Below, piece after piece: positions 1 through 9,262 of a DNA stretch of 64,000 bases. This DNA comes from an uncultured Microbacterium sp. (GTDB taxonomy: Bacteria; Actinomycetota; Actinomycetes; Actinomycetales; Microbacteriaceae): NCBI RefSeq assembly GCF_943912325.1, contig NZ_CALTTX010000006.1, positions 11,737 to 75,736 on the forward strand. The letters run 5' to 3'. Position 1 is the stretch's first letter. Each line of letters begins with the position of its first letter. Made by a program: the position numbers and the translations under genes. The notes under the pieces were generated by a model. The model did no database searches. It worked only from the letters and a program-made list of their open reading frames with translations, and was not told the origin of the DNA.

Positions 1-822
1 GCCGACCTTGAAGCGGGCGAAGTCGGTGACCGTGATGCCGGCGTCCTTCGCGACCTGGGCGACCGACAACTTGTTGTCTTTCGCGTAGTCCTGGTCGAGC
101 AGGGCGACCTGCTTGAAGAACGCGTTGACGCGGCCCTCGACGATCTTCGGCAGTGCTGCCTCGGGCTTGCCCTCGTTGCGCGAGATCTCGGTGACGATCT
201 CGCGCTCCTTCTCGACCTCGGCCGCGGGAACATCGTCGCGCGTGAGGTACGAGGGGTTCGCGAACGAGATGTGCTGCGCGATCGAGCGAGCCGTCTCGGC
301 GTCGGAGCCCGTGTAAGCAACGACGACACCGATCTGCGGCGGCAGGTCCTTGCTGGTCTTGTGCAGGTAGATCTCGAACGCGTCGCCCGAGAGCGTACGC
401 ACACGACGCAGCTCGATCTTCTCGCCGAGGATCGCGGCCTCGTCGTTGATAAGCTGCTCGACGGTCTGACCCGCGGCGTCGGCCGCGAGGGCCTGCTCGA
501 CCGAGTCCGCGTCAACGGCCGCGGCAGCGCCGAGCACCTTGTCGGCGAGCGCGATGAACTTGTCGTTCTTGGCGACGAAGTCGGTCTCGGTGTTGAGCTC
601 GAGGATCGTGACCTTGCCATCGTGCTCGCTCGCCGCGACGAGGCCTTCGCTCGTCGAGCGGTCAGCGCGCTTCGCGTTGCCCTTCGCGCCCTTCAGGCGC
701 AGGATCTCAACGGCCTTTTCGAGGTCGCCGTCGGCCTCCTCGAGCGCCTTCTTGGTGTCGACCATTCCCGTGCCCAGCTGCTCGCGCAGGGTCTTGATGT
801 CAGCGATGGTGAAGTTAGCCAT
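1..822 (-). CDS. tsf: Elongation factor Ts, partial (C-terminus runs off the window start)
   Basis: The reverse-complement translation from the ATG (complement of 820-822) reads MANFTIADIKTLREQLGTGMVDTKKALEEADGDLEKAVEILRLKGAKGN.., a typical EF-Ts N-terminal UBA-like region. An AGGAG RBS lies upstream. It sits downstream of rpsB, as is universally conserved. Confidence 0.85.
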   Translation of the reverse strand, partial: MANFTIADIKTLREQLGTGMVDTKKALEEADGDLEKAVEILRLKGAKGNAKRADRSTSEGLVAASEHDGKVTILELNTETDFVAKNDKFIALADKVLGAAAAVDADSVEQALAADAAGQTVEQLINDEAAILGEKIELRRVRTLSGDAFEIYLHKTSKDLPPQIGVVVAYTGSDAETARSIAQHISFANPSYLTRDDVPAAEVEKEREIVTEISRNEGKPEAALPKIVEGRVNAFFKQVALLDQDYAKDNKLSVAQVAKDAGITVTDFARFKVG

Positions 823-917
823 GTGAGGGCTCCTTGATCGTGGGGATCGTAAACGTGATGGTGAGGTGGCACCGGACCCGCCGAAGCGAGCGCCGATGCC
901 ACCTCACACGGGGTCTC

Positions 918-1829
918 TTAGGCGCTGGCGGTCTCTTCGGCGGCGGCGACCTCGGTCGCCTCCGTGCCGGCCTCGTCGGCGACGGCGGCGTCGTGAGCTG
1001 CGGCAGCGGCCTCGTCAGCGGGCGTCTCGGCGCTCGCCTCGGAAACGGCGGCGTCGCCCTCGACGACGGGGCTCTGCTCGAGCAGCTCGCGCTCCCACTC
1101 GGCGAGGGGCTCGGCTGCTTCGGCCTCGCCCGCGGGCTGGTGGCGCTGGATCAGGCCCTCGGCCGCTGCGTCGGCGATGATGCGCGTGAGCAGGCCCACC
1201 GAGCGGATCGCGTCGTCGTTGCCGGGGATCGGGTACTGGAACTCGTCGGGGTCGGCGTTCGTGTCGAGGATGCCGATGACGGGGATGCCGAGCTTCTTGG
1301 CCTCATCCACCGCCAGGTGCTCGCGCTTGGCGTCGACGACCCAGATGGCCGACGGCGTCTTCTGCAGGTTGCGGATACCGCCGAGCGACTTGTGCAGCTT
1401 GTCGAGCTCGCGCTTCTTGATCAGCAGTTCCTTCTTGGTGAAGCCGCTGGCCGAGGGGTTCTCGTAGTCGAGCTCCTCGAGCTCCTTCATGCGCGCGAGG
1501 CGCTTCGAGACCGTCGAGAAGTTCGTCAGCAGACCGCCGAGCCAGCGCTGGTTGACGTAGGGCTGGCCGACGCGCGTCGACTGCTCGGCGATGACTTCCT
1601 GAGCCTGCTTCTTGGTGCCGACGAAGAGGATCGTGCCGCCGTGGGCGACCGTCTCTTTGACGAAGTCGTACGCCTTGTCGATGTACGACAGCGACTGCTG
1701 CAGGTCGATGATGTGAATGCCCGAGCGCTCGGTGAGGATGAAGCGTTTCACTTTCGGGTTCCAGCGGCGGGTCTGGTGTCCGAAGTGCACGCCCGAATCG
1801 AGCAGCTGGCGAATGGTGACGACGGCCAT
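918..1829 (-). CDS. rpsB: 30S ribosomal protein S2
   Basis: An internal start [31 protein letters not shown].. within the 918..2024 ORF matches the S2 signature. There is an acidic Ala/Glu-rich C-terminal tail, as in actinobacteria. Confidence 0.9.
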   Translation of the reverse strand: MAVVTIRQLLDSGVHFGHQTRRWNPKVKRFILTERSGIHIIDLQQSLSYIDKAYDFVKETVAHGGTILFVGTKKQAQEVIAEQSTRVGQPYVNQRWLGGLLTNFSTVSKRLARMKELEELDYENPSASGFTKKELLIKKRELDKLHKSLGGIRNLQKTPSAIWVVDAKREHLAVDEAKKLGIPVIGILDTNADPDEFQYPIPGNDDAIRSVGLLTRIIADAAAEGLIQRHQPAGEAEAAEPLAEWERELLEQSPVVEGDAAVSEASAETPADEAAAAAHDAAVADEAGTEATEVAAAEETASA

Positions 1830-2158
1830 GGCCGTTCTCCTTGTCGTTGCGGTTGTCTGCGCCGTCGGGTTCGACGGCACGCCTGGCGCCCGGCACACTC
1901 CCGCTCTCCGCTCTTTCGAGCGGCAAGACCGTGGGGGTATGTGCCACGCTCCACCGGACCCTTGGGTCGACGAGCAAACTGATTTACTCAATCTCGGTGG
2001 CGCGCTCTGGGCACGCGAAGTCATCTCTTTACGAGATGCCCTCCGAGTGTATCAGTGCGCCGCGCCGCATCGCCCTCCACATTCGCTCAATTTTCGCGGT
2101 GTCCACTGATTCGCTGCGCGTTGACCCGTCGATCGTGTCTCGGCGGCAGTGTCGAAGA

Positions 2159-2797
2159 ATGGATGCTTCACACTCGGCGCGGCCCGCAGGCGCGCGCACG
2201 CGCGCTCTCGCCGTCCTGCTCCTCCTGCTCACGACGGGGTTGGCGCTCTCCCCGCCCGCCGCGGCCGCCGCCCTCGTTTCCCCGCGAGAGCCCGCGGTAG
2301 TCGAGCCCGACGATCGCGCGGACGCTGACGGCGAAGCATCCACTCCCCGCTGGGATTGGCCGCTTCCCGCGCCACATCGAGTTGCCACGGCGTACGAGGC
2401 GCCAGCGCATGACTACGGCCCCGGTCACCGCGGTATCGACATTGAGGCGCCCAGCAGCAGGGGGCCCAGCAGCGGCGCGCCGGGCGAGTCGGCAGAAGCC
2501 GAGGTGACGGCTCCGGATGCCGGCACGGTAGCGTTCGCGGGCTCGGTCGCGGGCCGGGGTGTCGTGACGATCGATCATGGCGGCGGCCTCGTCTCGACGC
2601 TCGAGCCCGTCGTACCTCTCGTTGCCGCCGGGGATGTCGTCGCACGCGGCGAGGCGATCGGGACTCTGTCGACTGGGGGGCACGCTCCCCCGGGTCAGCT
2701 TCACCTCGGGGCGCGCCTCGACGGCGAGTACATCAATCCTCTGCGCTTGCTCGGGGACCTGCCGTGGGCCGTGCTCTTGCCGTGTTGCACGGGGTGA
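2159..2797 (+). CDS. M23 family metallopeptidase (secreted)
   Basis: The start MDASHSARPAG.. is followed by a signal peptide (ALAVLLLLLTTGLALSPPAAAAA). HRGIDI and GxLHLGARLDGEYINP motifs are typical of the M23/LytM fold. Its position between rpsB and xerC matches mycobacterial synteny. Confidence 0.75.
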   Translation: MDASHSARPAGARTRALAVLLLLLTTGLALSPPAAAAALVSPREPAVVEPDDRADADGEASTPRWDWPLPAPHRVATAYEAPAHDYGPGHRGIDIEAPSSRGPSSGAPGESAEAEVTAPDAGTVAFAGSVAGRGVVTIDHGGGLVSTLEPVVPLVAAGDVVARGEAIGTLSTGGHAPPGQLHLGARLDGEYINPLRLLGDLPWAVLLPCCTG

Positions 2798-2818
2798 CGG
2801 AACGACCGCGCACACGGA

Positions 2819-3838
2819 TCAGGCGCGGGGGTGCGCCTGACGATAGGCCGCGGTGAGTCGCTCGCTCGAGACGTGCGTGTAGATCTGGGTCGTACCGAGG
2901 CTCGCGTGCCCGAGCATCTCTTGCACGCTACGCAGGTCGGCGCCGCCATCGAGCAGGTGTGTCGCGGCGGTGTGCCGCAGCGCGTGGGGGCCGACGCGCT
3001 CGACGCCGAGCGCGGGGGCGAGCCGTGCCGAGACGAGCGTGTAGACGGTGCGCGGGCTCAGTCGGCTACCGCGTGCGCCCACGAAAACAGCAGCGCCCGT
3101 TGCCGCGGTTTCGAGTGCGGGGCGGCCCTCGTCGAGCCACCGTTGCAGGGCGGCACGCGCGGGGGCGCCGATCGGCACCACACGCTCTTTCGATCCCTTG
3201 CCCAACACTCGGACGGTGCCCTGCGCGAGGTCGAGATCGCCGAGGTCGAGGCCGCAGAGCTCCGAGACGCGCAGCGCTCCCGCATAGAGCAGTTCGAGCA
3301 CGGCGCGATCCCGCAGGGCGACTGCGCGAGCGGGATCGTCGCCGTCGCTGTGTGCGCCGTGTCTGCGCTCAGCGCCGCGCTCGTCGTCAGGGTGCTCCTC
3401 ACGACCGTCGGGCATCGCATCGAAGAGGGCGCTCATCGCGTCGCGCGTCGCGACGACCGGGAGTGTGCGCAGCCGACGGGGTGTGGCGAGCCGCACACTC
3501 GGATCGACCTGAACTCGGCCCTCGTCGATGGCCCAGCGAAAGAACGTTCGCGCCGACGCGGTTCGCCGCGCCAGGGTCGAGCGGGCGACGCCGGCATCGA
3601 CGGCGCGCCCGAGCCACTCGCGCAGCACCTCGATGTCGGTCGCGGCGGGCGTGCCGGCCCCCAGCGACGCTGCCGTCACCCCGAGATCGCGCAGGTCACT
3701 GCCGTAGCCGCGGACGGTCGCGGGCGAAAGGCGACGCACAAGCGCCAGGTGATGGTCGAAGTCGGCGATCGCGCTCGCCCACGCCGCGGTCAGCGCACCC
3801 GAGGGGATCGGTTGGGCTGGCGGGCGAGAAGCAGTCAC
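2819..3838 (-). CDS. xerC: Site-specific tyrosine recombinase XerC
   Basis: The C-terminal catalytic motifs HALRHTAATHLLDGGADLRSVQEMLGHASLGTTQIYTHV (RHxxxTH..GH..Y) are present. It lies adjacent to dprA, as in the actinobacterial xerC-dprA-comM cluster. Confidence 0.85.
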   Translation of the reverse strand: MTASRPPAQPIPSGALTAAWASAIADFDHHLALVRRLSPATVRGYGSDLRDLGVTAASLGAGTPAATDIEVLREWLGRAVDAGVARSTLARRTASARTFFRWAIDEGRVQVDPSVRLATPRRLRTLPVVATRDAMSALFDAMPDGREEHPDDERGAERRHGAHSDGDDPARAVALRDRAVLELLYAGALRVSELCGLDLGDLDLAQGTVRVLGKGSKERVVPIGAPARAALQRWLDEGRPALETAATGAAVFVGARGSRLSPRTVYTLVSARLAPALGVERVGPHALRHTAATHLLDGGADLRSVQEMLGHASLGTTQIYTHVSSERLTAAYRQAHPRA

Positions 3839-3893
3839 ATCTCGAGGATGCCGCGTTCTCGCGCCGCGGGCGCGCGGCTCGCCGTCTCGCGCC

Positions 3894-4676
3894 TCAGCGT
3901 CGCGTGGGGACGGCGCGCCATCCGGCGTCGTCGCGCGTCGCTTCGCCCTCGAGTTCGAGCAGGCCGAGCCGCTGTTCGACCGACGCGCGCGTCATGCCGG
4001 CGCGCCGCGCGATCTCCTCGACCGAGCGTGCCGCACGCGTGCTCAGGGCGTCGTGAACGCGCGAGGCGTCGTCGGTGCGCTCGGCGAGGCCCGGCGACGA
4101 TGCCGTAGCACCGGACGACTTCCGCACCGGTCCCGCGTCTGACGACTCCCCACCCACGAGTTCCGCGACGTCGTCGGGCGAGGTGATGCAGATCGCAGCT
4201 CCCTCGCGCAGCAATCGGTGGCACCCGAGCGATGCCGCCGACGTCACCGGTCCGGGCACCGCTCCCAGCGCCCGTCCGAGCGTCGCGGCGTGCGCCGCGG
4301 TGTTGAGCGACCCGCTGCGCGAGCCCGCCTCGACGACGACCGTCCCCGCGCTACTTGCGGCGATGAGCCGGTTTCGCGCCAAGAATCGCCATTTCGTCGG
4401 TGCCGATCCGGGCGGGACCTCAGAGTAGACCGCGCCGCTCGCGGCGATCCGCTCGATCATCGCCGCGTGTCCCGCGGGGTACGACCGGTCGGCGCCACCG
4501 GCCAAGAAGGCCACGGTCGGAGCGCCCGTGCCGAGGCTCGCGCGGTGTGCAGCTCCATCGATCCCATAAGCCGCACCCGACACCACGGTGAGACCGCGAC
4601 GCCCGGCACCCGCAGCGAGGTCTGCCGCAACATACTCGCCGTACGCGGTCGCCGCGCGCGCTCCCACGATCGCGAC
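3894..4676 (-). pseudogene. dprA: DprA (DNA processing protein A/Smf), C-terminal fragment. The gene is interrupted by an inserted element.
   Basis: The translation ..ALVAIVGARAATAYGEYVAADLAAGAGRRGLTVVSGAAYGIDGAAHRASL.. is the DprA Rossmann-fold core plus its C-terminal winged helix. The N-terminal ~150 aa are absent here and are found 12.5 kb away, at 17260..17697. Confidence 0.8.
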
Positions 4677-4690
4677 AAGCGCGCCCTTTT
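4651..4690. repeat. Left junction (attL-like) of the integrative element. The core tcgcgac lies at 4670-4676.
   Basis: A 7-bp identity with the right junction (17260-17266), with imperfectly matching flanks (cgctcc-cacga vs cgctccgcgaacac). Host dprA sequence resumes immediately to the left. Confidence 0.5.
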
Positions 4691-4850
4691 GCGTCTGATG
4701 CAGGTTCCTTCGGGGTTCCAGGTGTCGTTGATCGTACAGGGAGCCTCGTTGGTGCCATCTCCTGACTGGCGACGACTTGCGCTCGGTCCGTTGTTTCGCG
4801 TTAGATGCGTATTGTCTGCGTTTGATGGGAGTAAACGGGTGGTTTCAGGG

Positions 4851-5954
4851 ATGACGGCGCATGGTGTTGCGGGGCTGTATCTGGCCTCGGGCGTGTCGTT
4901 GTTGCGTGCCGAGGAGTCCGTGTTCGAGGCGATGGTGACGGGTTGGCGGGCACAGCAGATGGGCGGGCGCGGTCTGCGCGAGGACTACGTGACCGGGACG
5001 GTGCGCGCGGTCCGGCAGTTCCATACGCACGCGGGCACGTGGCCGTGGTTGTGGTCGGCGGGCCTGTTCGATGAGTGGATGATGGATCTGGTGTCGGTGC
5101 GGCAGTTGGCGCCGTCGACGATCCGCGGCTATCAGTTGGCGGTGCGGCAGTTCTGCGACTACCTCACCTCGGAGCACTACGGGTGGGTGGCAGAGTGCGA
5201 GCTGCGGTTCGGAACGCACCCGGTGCAGGTCTGCCACGACTGGAACACGACCCGGCATCTGCAGGACTACGAGGGCCGGCCGGGGCGGCGACCGTTGACG
5301 CGAGACGAGTTGCAGGCGCTGTTCGACCGCGCCGACGCGGAGGTCGAGCGGTGCCTGGAGAGTGGCCGCAAGGGCGCGTTGCCAGCGTATCGGGACGCGG
5401 TGCTGCTGCGAGTGGCGTATGCGTGGGGGTTGCGGGCGAACGAGGCGGTTCATCTGGATGTGACCGACTTCTACCGCAACGCGCACGCCCCGGAGTTCGG
5501 CGAGTTCGGGATGCTTCACGTCCGCCACGGAAAGTCGTCGCGGGGCGGCCCACCCAAGCGGCGATCAGTGGTGACGCTGCGGGACTGGGCGGTGGAGGCG
5601 GTGCAGGACTATCTGGAGAACGTCTGGCCGCTGATGCGGCCGGACGGTGAGCGGGCGCTGTGGTTCTCGGAGCGCGGCACCCGGCTGCGGACGAGGGAGC
5701 TGTCGGACCGGTTCGCCGCCTACCGGGACGACCTCGGGTTCGACCGGGTGCTGTCTCCGCACGCGCTGCGGCACAGCTACGTGACGCATCTGATCGAGGA
5801 GGGCGTGGATCCGGTGTTCGTGCAGCGGCAGGTCGGGCATCAGCACCAGTCCACGACGTCGATCTACACCGGGGTCAGCGGCGACTTCGCGAACAAGATG
5901 ATGCGGGATGCGTTGGAGCGGCTGCGGCCGCAGGAGGAAGGAGCGGGCCGATGA
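4851..5954 (+). CDS. Tyrosine-type site-specific integrase of the inserted element
   Basis: The start is MTAHGVAGLYL... It has a core-binding N-terminal domain. The catalytic box HALRHSYVTHLIEEGVDPVFVQRQVGHQHQSTTSIYTGV contains R-H-x-x-R...H...Y. It is the first gene inside the element, next to the left junction. Confidence 0.85.
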   Translation: MTAHGVAGLYLASGVSLLRAEESVFEAMVTGWRAQQMGGRGLREDYVTGTVRAVRQFHTHAGTWPWLWSAGLFDEWMMDLVSVRQLAPSTIRGYQLAVRQFCDYLTSEHYGWVAECELRFGTHPVQVCHDWNTTRHLQDYEGRPGRRPLTRDELQALFDRADAEVERCLESGRKGALPAYRDAVLLRVAYAWGLRANEAVHLDVTDFYRNAHAPEFGEFGMLHVRHGKSSRGGPPKRRSVVTLRDWAVEAVQDYLENVWPLMRPDGERALWFSERGTRLRTRELSDRFAAYRDDLGFDRVLSPHALRHSYVTHLIEEGVDPVFVQRQVGHQHQSTTSIYTGVSGDFANKMMRDALERLRPQEEGAGR

Positions 5955-6301
5955 AGGTGATCGGGTACGAGTGGCGGTTGCGGGAGGTGATGGCGGCGTC
6001 GGGGATCTTCGCGACGTCGAAGCTGGTGCCGTTGTTGCGTGAGCGCGGGATCGAGTTGTCGGCGAGCCAGATCTACCGGTTAGCGACGGAGAAGCCGGAA
6101 CGGCTGAACATGCACGTGCTGGTCGCGCTGATGGACATCTTCGAGTGCAGCGCGGACGACCTGGTCCGCAAGGTCGACCTGGGCGCCTCGGCGGCGGCGA
6201 CCGGCACCGACGGCGAGGACCGGTCCGCGGGCGGCGCGGCGACGTTGCGGGAGAAGGGCCTGCGTCCGCCGCGGGCGCGCGTGATCCCGACGGATGGGTG
6301 A
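5951..6301 (+). CDS. Small helix-turn-helix DNA-binding protein (XRE/excisionase-like accessory protein)
   Basis: Its ATG overlaps the integrase stop (ATGA), indicating coupling. The 116-aa product contains an HTH (LSASQIYRLATEKPERLNMHVLVALMDIFECSADDL). It lies between the two recombinase genes. Confidence 0.65.
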   Translation: MKVIGYEWRLREVMAASGIFATSKLVPLLRERGIELSASQIYRLATEKPERLNMHVLVALMDIFECSADDLVRKVDLGASAAATGTDGEDRSAGGAATLREKGLRPPRARVIPTDG

Positions 6302-8843
6302 CGAGGTCCGCGACGTCCTGGTCGCGGTCATCGCCGAGGTCGAGACGACCGTCACGCGAGATGTCATCCGTCAGATCGTGAACCGCACGATCGTCCGGGA
6401 ACCCGCAGAGCGGCGTCTGCTCGCACAGCTGACCAAGGATCCGGGGATGCTGGTGTCGGGGTCGACGCGGATCCCGCGATTGCTGGATCGCATCCTGCTC
6501 GATCTCGCCGACGCCGGCGGCAGCACGGTTCGCCCGCCGGGCTGCGCACGCTGCGGCCGGGTGGAGTTGCTGGTCTGCCGGGACGGTGAGGATCGGATCT
6601 GCGCGGCCTGCGGGCGGGCGCGCCTGGACGTGCTGATCGACTGCGTCGAATGCGAGCGGAGCGGGCAGCTGCGGCACGCGCAAGTGGGCGACCGGGCCTA
6701 CTGCCGCTCCTGCTGGCGGGCGCTGCAGGACGTCGCCGACGAGCGCCTGGACAGGTTCGTCGCCGAGCGGATTCCCGGCGGGACTCTCTACATGATGCTG
6801 ACCGCGACCGAGGGACTGAAGGCGGATCGCACGTTGCGACTCGCGCTGGAATGCGAGCTGTTCGGCGCCGACTGGATCGCCGACCCGCCGGCATCGTCGG
6901 TCCTGTTTGCCACGTTCTACGAGCGGCTGCGTGAGCTCGGCGCCCAGCTGCCAGCCCTGACCTGCGGGCACTGCGGCCGGGTCCGGAAGCTCCCGGACCG
7001 ACTCGAGGGGCGGATCTGCTGCGGCGCCTGCTACAAAGCCGCGCACCGGGCGGTCTGCGACGGATGCGGCAACACGGCCCATTTGGAGCTACGCCGCCCC
7101 AACGGTGACAGGCTCTGCCAGGCCTGCACGAACCAGCTGCCCGAATCCTCCGCGGAGTGCATCGGCTGCGGGAACCACCGGCTGATCGCGGTGCGCACTT
7201 CGGACGGGCCGATGTGTTCCGGCTGCCGGACCGCGCCCGGCACCGATGTCTGCACGGTGTGCGGCACCTCGGGTCCGTGTCGGTTCCCCGGCACCGAGAA
7301 GGCGATCTGCCTGACCTGCTACGCCGCCGCCCGGGTGGACATCTGTCACCGCTGCGGGCGAGAGCGGGAATGCCGGTTCGCGGGCACACCCAAGGCGATC
7401 TGCACGCCTTGCGCGCTCCCCCGCAAACCGTGCTCGGTCTGCGCCCGGGTGGTGCTCCCGATCCGGCACACCCCGGACGGGGAGCCGCTCTGCTGGAACT
7501 GCGCCCCGCACATCGTGGAGGCATGCATCGGCTGCGGCCGCGAAGCGCGGGTCAACGCACGCACTGACCAGGGGCCGCTCTGCCAGCGTTGCGCCCGGAC
7601 CAGCCCGCTGATGTTCCGCGATTGCCGTCGCTGCGGGACTCACGGACGGCTGCACCACCGCCGCTGGTGTGATCGCTGCTACGCCGACGACAAGATCCGC
7701 GAACTGCTCCCGGACGATGTCGTGGCAGCCGATCCGATGCTCGCGACACTGCGCGAGCGGTTCCTGGCCGCGGACGAGCGACGCACCCTGGACGCCTTCC
7801 GCCGCAACACGACGGTCGCGATCCTGCGGGAGGCCGTCTCCGGCACGGAGCCGCTGAGCCACGCGCTGCTGGACCGGCTGGGTACGCCTGGGTCGACTGC
7901 CCCCGTCCGGGCGCTGCTGGCCGAGTATGGCTTGCTCCCTGCGCGGGACGAGCAGTTGGTCCGGTTCGAGACCTGGTGCCAGGACCGGTCGGCGCAGATC
8001 CTCGACCCGGACCATCGCCGCCTGTTCGACCGATTCGTCCGCTGGCGTCATCTTCGGCAGCTGCGCGAGCAGGACCGCCAGACCGGGCGGCGGCAATCAG
8101 ACGGGCGACGGCAGGAACTGACCCAGGTCCTCGGCCTGCTGGGCTGGCTCACCGCACGCTCGGAATCGCTGACGATGCTCGACCAGGCGCGGCTGGATCT
8201 CTGGCTGCTCGAGGGCCCAAGGCTTCGCCGACGCGTCGCGGCGTTCCTGGAGTGGGCCGCCCGCGACGGCACCTGCCCCCGCCTGCGCGTCCCTTCCCTG
8301 ACCAGCACCCCCAACACGCCGACCGGCGCCAGCGTCGACGAACGCTGGGAACTGCTGGGCAGGGTGCTCAGCGCGCACGACGACGACCCCCGCACCCGAC
8401 TCGCGGGCGCACTGCTGCTGCTGTTCGGGATCCCGGTGGCCCGGCTGCATCTGCTGCGCGTGACCGACATCACCTCCACCGACACAGTCACGATCCGTCT
8501 CGGCGCGGACCCGCTGGAGCTCCCCGACGCGATCGGGCAGCTCGCGATCACCGCCCGTGAGCACCGCGACGCGCCACGCCTGCTCACCGACGCCGGAGAA
8601 TCCGATTGGCTGTTCCCGGGCCAGCATCACGGCGCTCCGCTCTCCCGCGACGCGCTCACCGACCGGCTGGCCAGGTTCGGCATCCGTGCCCGCCATGCCC
8701 GCGCCGGCGCGCTGGCCTCCCTCGCCCAGGAGCTGCCCGCCCCGGTGATCGCACGACTGACCGGCCTTCACGTGACCGCGGCCACCCGCTGGGCCGAAGC
8801 CGTCGTAGCCAGCAACGCCCGCTACAGCGCGCTCACACGCTGA
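6294..8843 (+). CDS. Large (849 aa) zinc-ribbon-repeat protein with a C-terminal tyrosine-recombinase-like domain
   Basis: Residues ~85-470 carry about ten tandem CxxCG...C(x2)C zinc-ribbon repeats (CARCGRV..CAACGRA; CVECERS..CRSCW; CGHCGRV..CGACY; CDGCGNT..CQACT; CIGCGNH..CSGCR; CTVCGTS..CLTCY; CHRCGRE..CTPCA; CSVCARV..CWNCA; CIGCGRE..CQRCA; CRRCGTH..CDRCY). The C-terminal ~330 aa resemble an integrase SAM-like domain plus a catalytic domain (ARLHLLRVTDI ... LFPGQHHGAPLS ... RHARAG ... GLHVTAATRW ... ARYSAL). Confidence 0.7.
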   Translation: MGDEVRDVLVAVIAEVETTVTRDVIRQIVNRTIVREPAERRLLAQLTKDPGMLVSGSTRIPRLLDRILLDLADAGGSTVRPPGCARCGRVELLVCRDGEDRICAACGRARLDVLIDCVECERSGQLRHAQVGDRAYCRSCWRALQDVADERLDRFVAERIPGGTLYMMLTATEGLKADRTLRLALECELFGADWIADPPASSVLFATFYERLRELGAQLPALTCGHCGRVRKLPDRLEGRICCGACYKAAHRAVCDGCGNTAHLELRRPNGDRLCQACTNQLPESSAECIGCGNHRLIAVRTSDGPMCSGCRTAPGTDVCTVCGTSGPCRFPGTEKAICLTCYAAARVDICHRCGRERECRFAGTPKAICTPCALPRKPCSVCARVVLPIRHTPDGEPLCWNCAPHIVEACIGCGREARVNARTDQGPLCQRCARTSPLMFRDCRRCGTHGRLHHRRWCDRCYADDKIRELLPDDVVAADPMLATLRERFLAADERRTLDAFRRNTTVAILREAVSGTEPLSHALLDRLGTPGSTAPVRALLAEYGLLPARDEQLVRFETWCQDRSAQILDPDHRRLFDRFVRWRHLRQLREQDRQTGRRQSDGRRQELTQVLGLLGWLTARSESLTMLDQARLDLWLLEGPRLRRRVAAFLEWAARDGTCPRLRVPSLTSTPNTPTGASVDERWELLGRVLSAHDDDPRTRLAGALLLLFGIPVARLHLLRVTDITSTDTVTIRLGADPLELPDAIGQLAITAREHRDAPRLLTDAGESDWLFPGQHHGAPLSRDALTDRLARFGIRARHARAGALASLAQELPAPVIARLTGLHVTAATRWAEAVVASNARYSALTR

Positions 8844-8869
8844 TCGGCGGCCACGGCAGACTCGACAGC

Positions 8870-9256
8870 ATGAACGATGAGCTTCCCCCGCAGATCCGGA
8901 CGATCGCCGACCGCATCGCGGACGGCTGGGCGGACACCATCGACATCGGCCCGGGATGGTTCGACCTTCTCGCCCGGCTGGACCAACAGCTCGCCGAGAT
9001 CTCGCCCGGCTACGTCATCGAGCAATGCAAGACGAAGTTCGGCACCCTCCGCTACTACGCGCGCCCCGAAGACGCCGACCACACCGACGCGGCCCGGTTC
9101 TCGGACATCATCCGGGATGCCGAGGACGAAAGCGCGACCGTCTGCGAGGACTGCGGCCAGCCCGCCCAGTAGGTCACGAGCCGCGGGTGGGTCTGGACCC
9201 TCTGCACCGCGCACGCACAGCAGCGGACGAACCCCTCCGAGATGTCGGCTGGCTGA
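8870..9256 (+). pseudogene. Hypothetical small protein interrupted by an in-frame TAG at 9170-9172. The translation continues into a second half zinc-knuckle.
   Basis: The ATG at 8870 follows the large recombinase stop. The 100-aa ORF ends ..VCEDCGQPAQ*. The same frame stays open for 28 more codons (VTSRGWVWTLCTAHAQQRTNPSEMSAG*), which would complete a C-x2-C...C-x2-H metal-binding pair. This suggests a nonsense mutation or read-through. Confidence 0.4.
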
Positions 9257-9262
9257 TCCATC

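Noticed and set aside
271-837. A 188-aa plus-strand ORF at the window start
   Set aside because: It is antisense to EF-Ts, which has unmistakable homology and an AGGAG RBS.
2959-4056. A 365-aa extremely Arg-rich plus-strand ORF (RRARGRAVPRRACRRC...)
   Set aside because: It overlaps xerC and the dprA C-terminal fragment on the opposite strand. Arg-rich antisense frames are an artefact of GC-rich codon usage.
5565-7524. Long minus-strand ORFs (505 aa and 386 aa) across the integrase and zinc-ribbon recombinase genes
   Set aside because: They are antisense to ORFs with clear integrase and zinc-ribbon domain content. Their translations are Pro/Arg/Ala low-complexity with no motifs.
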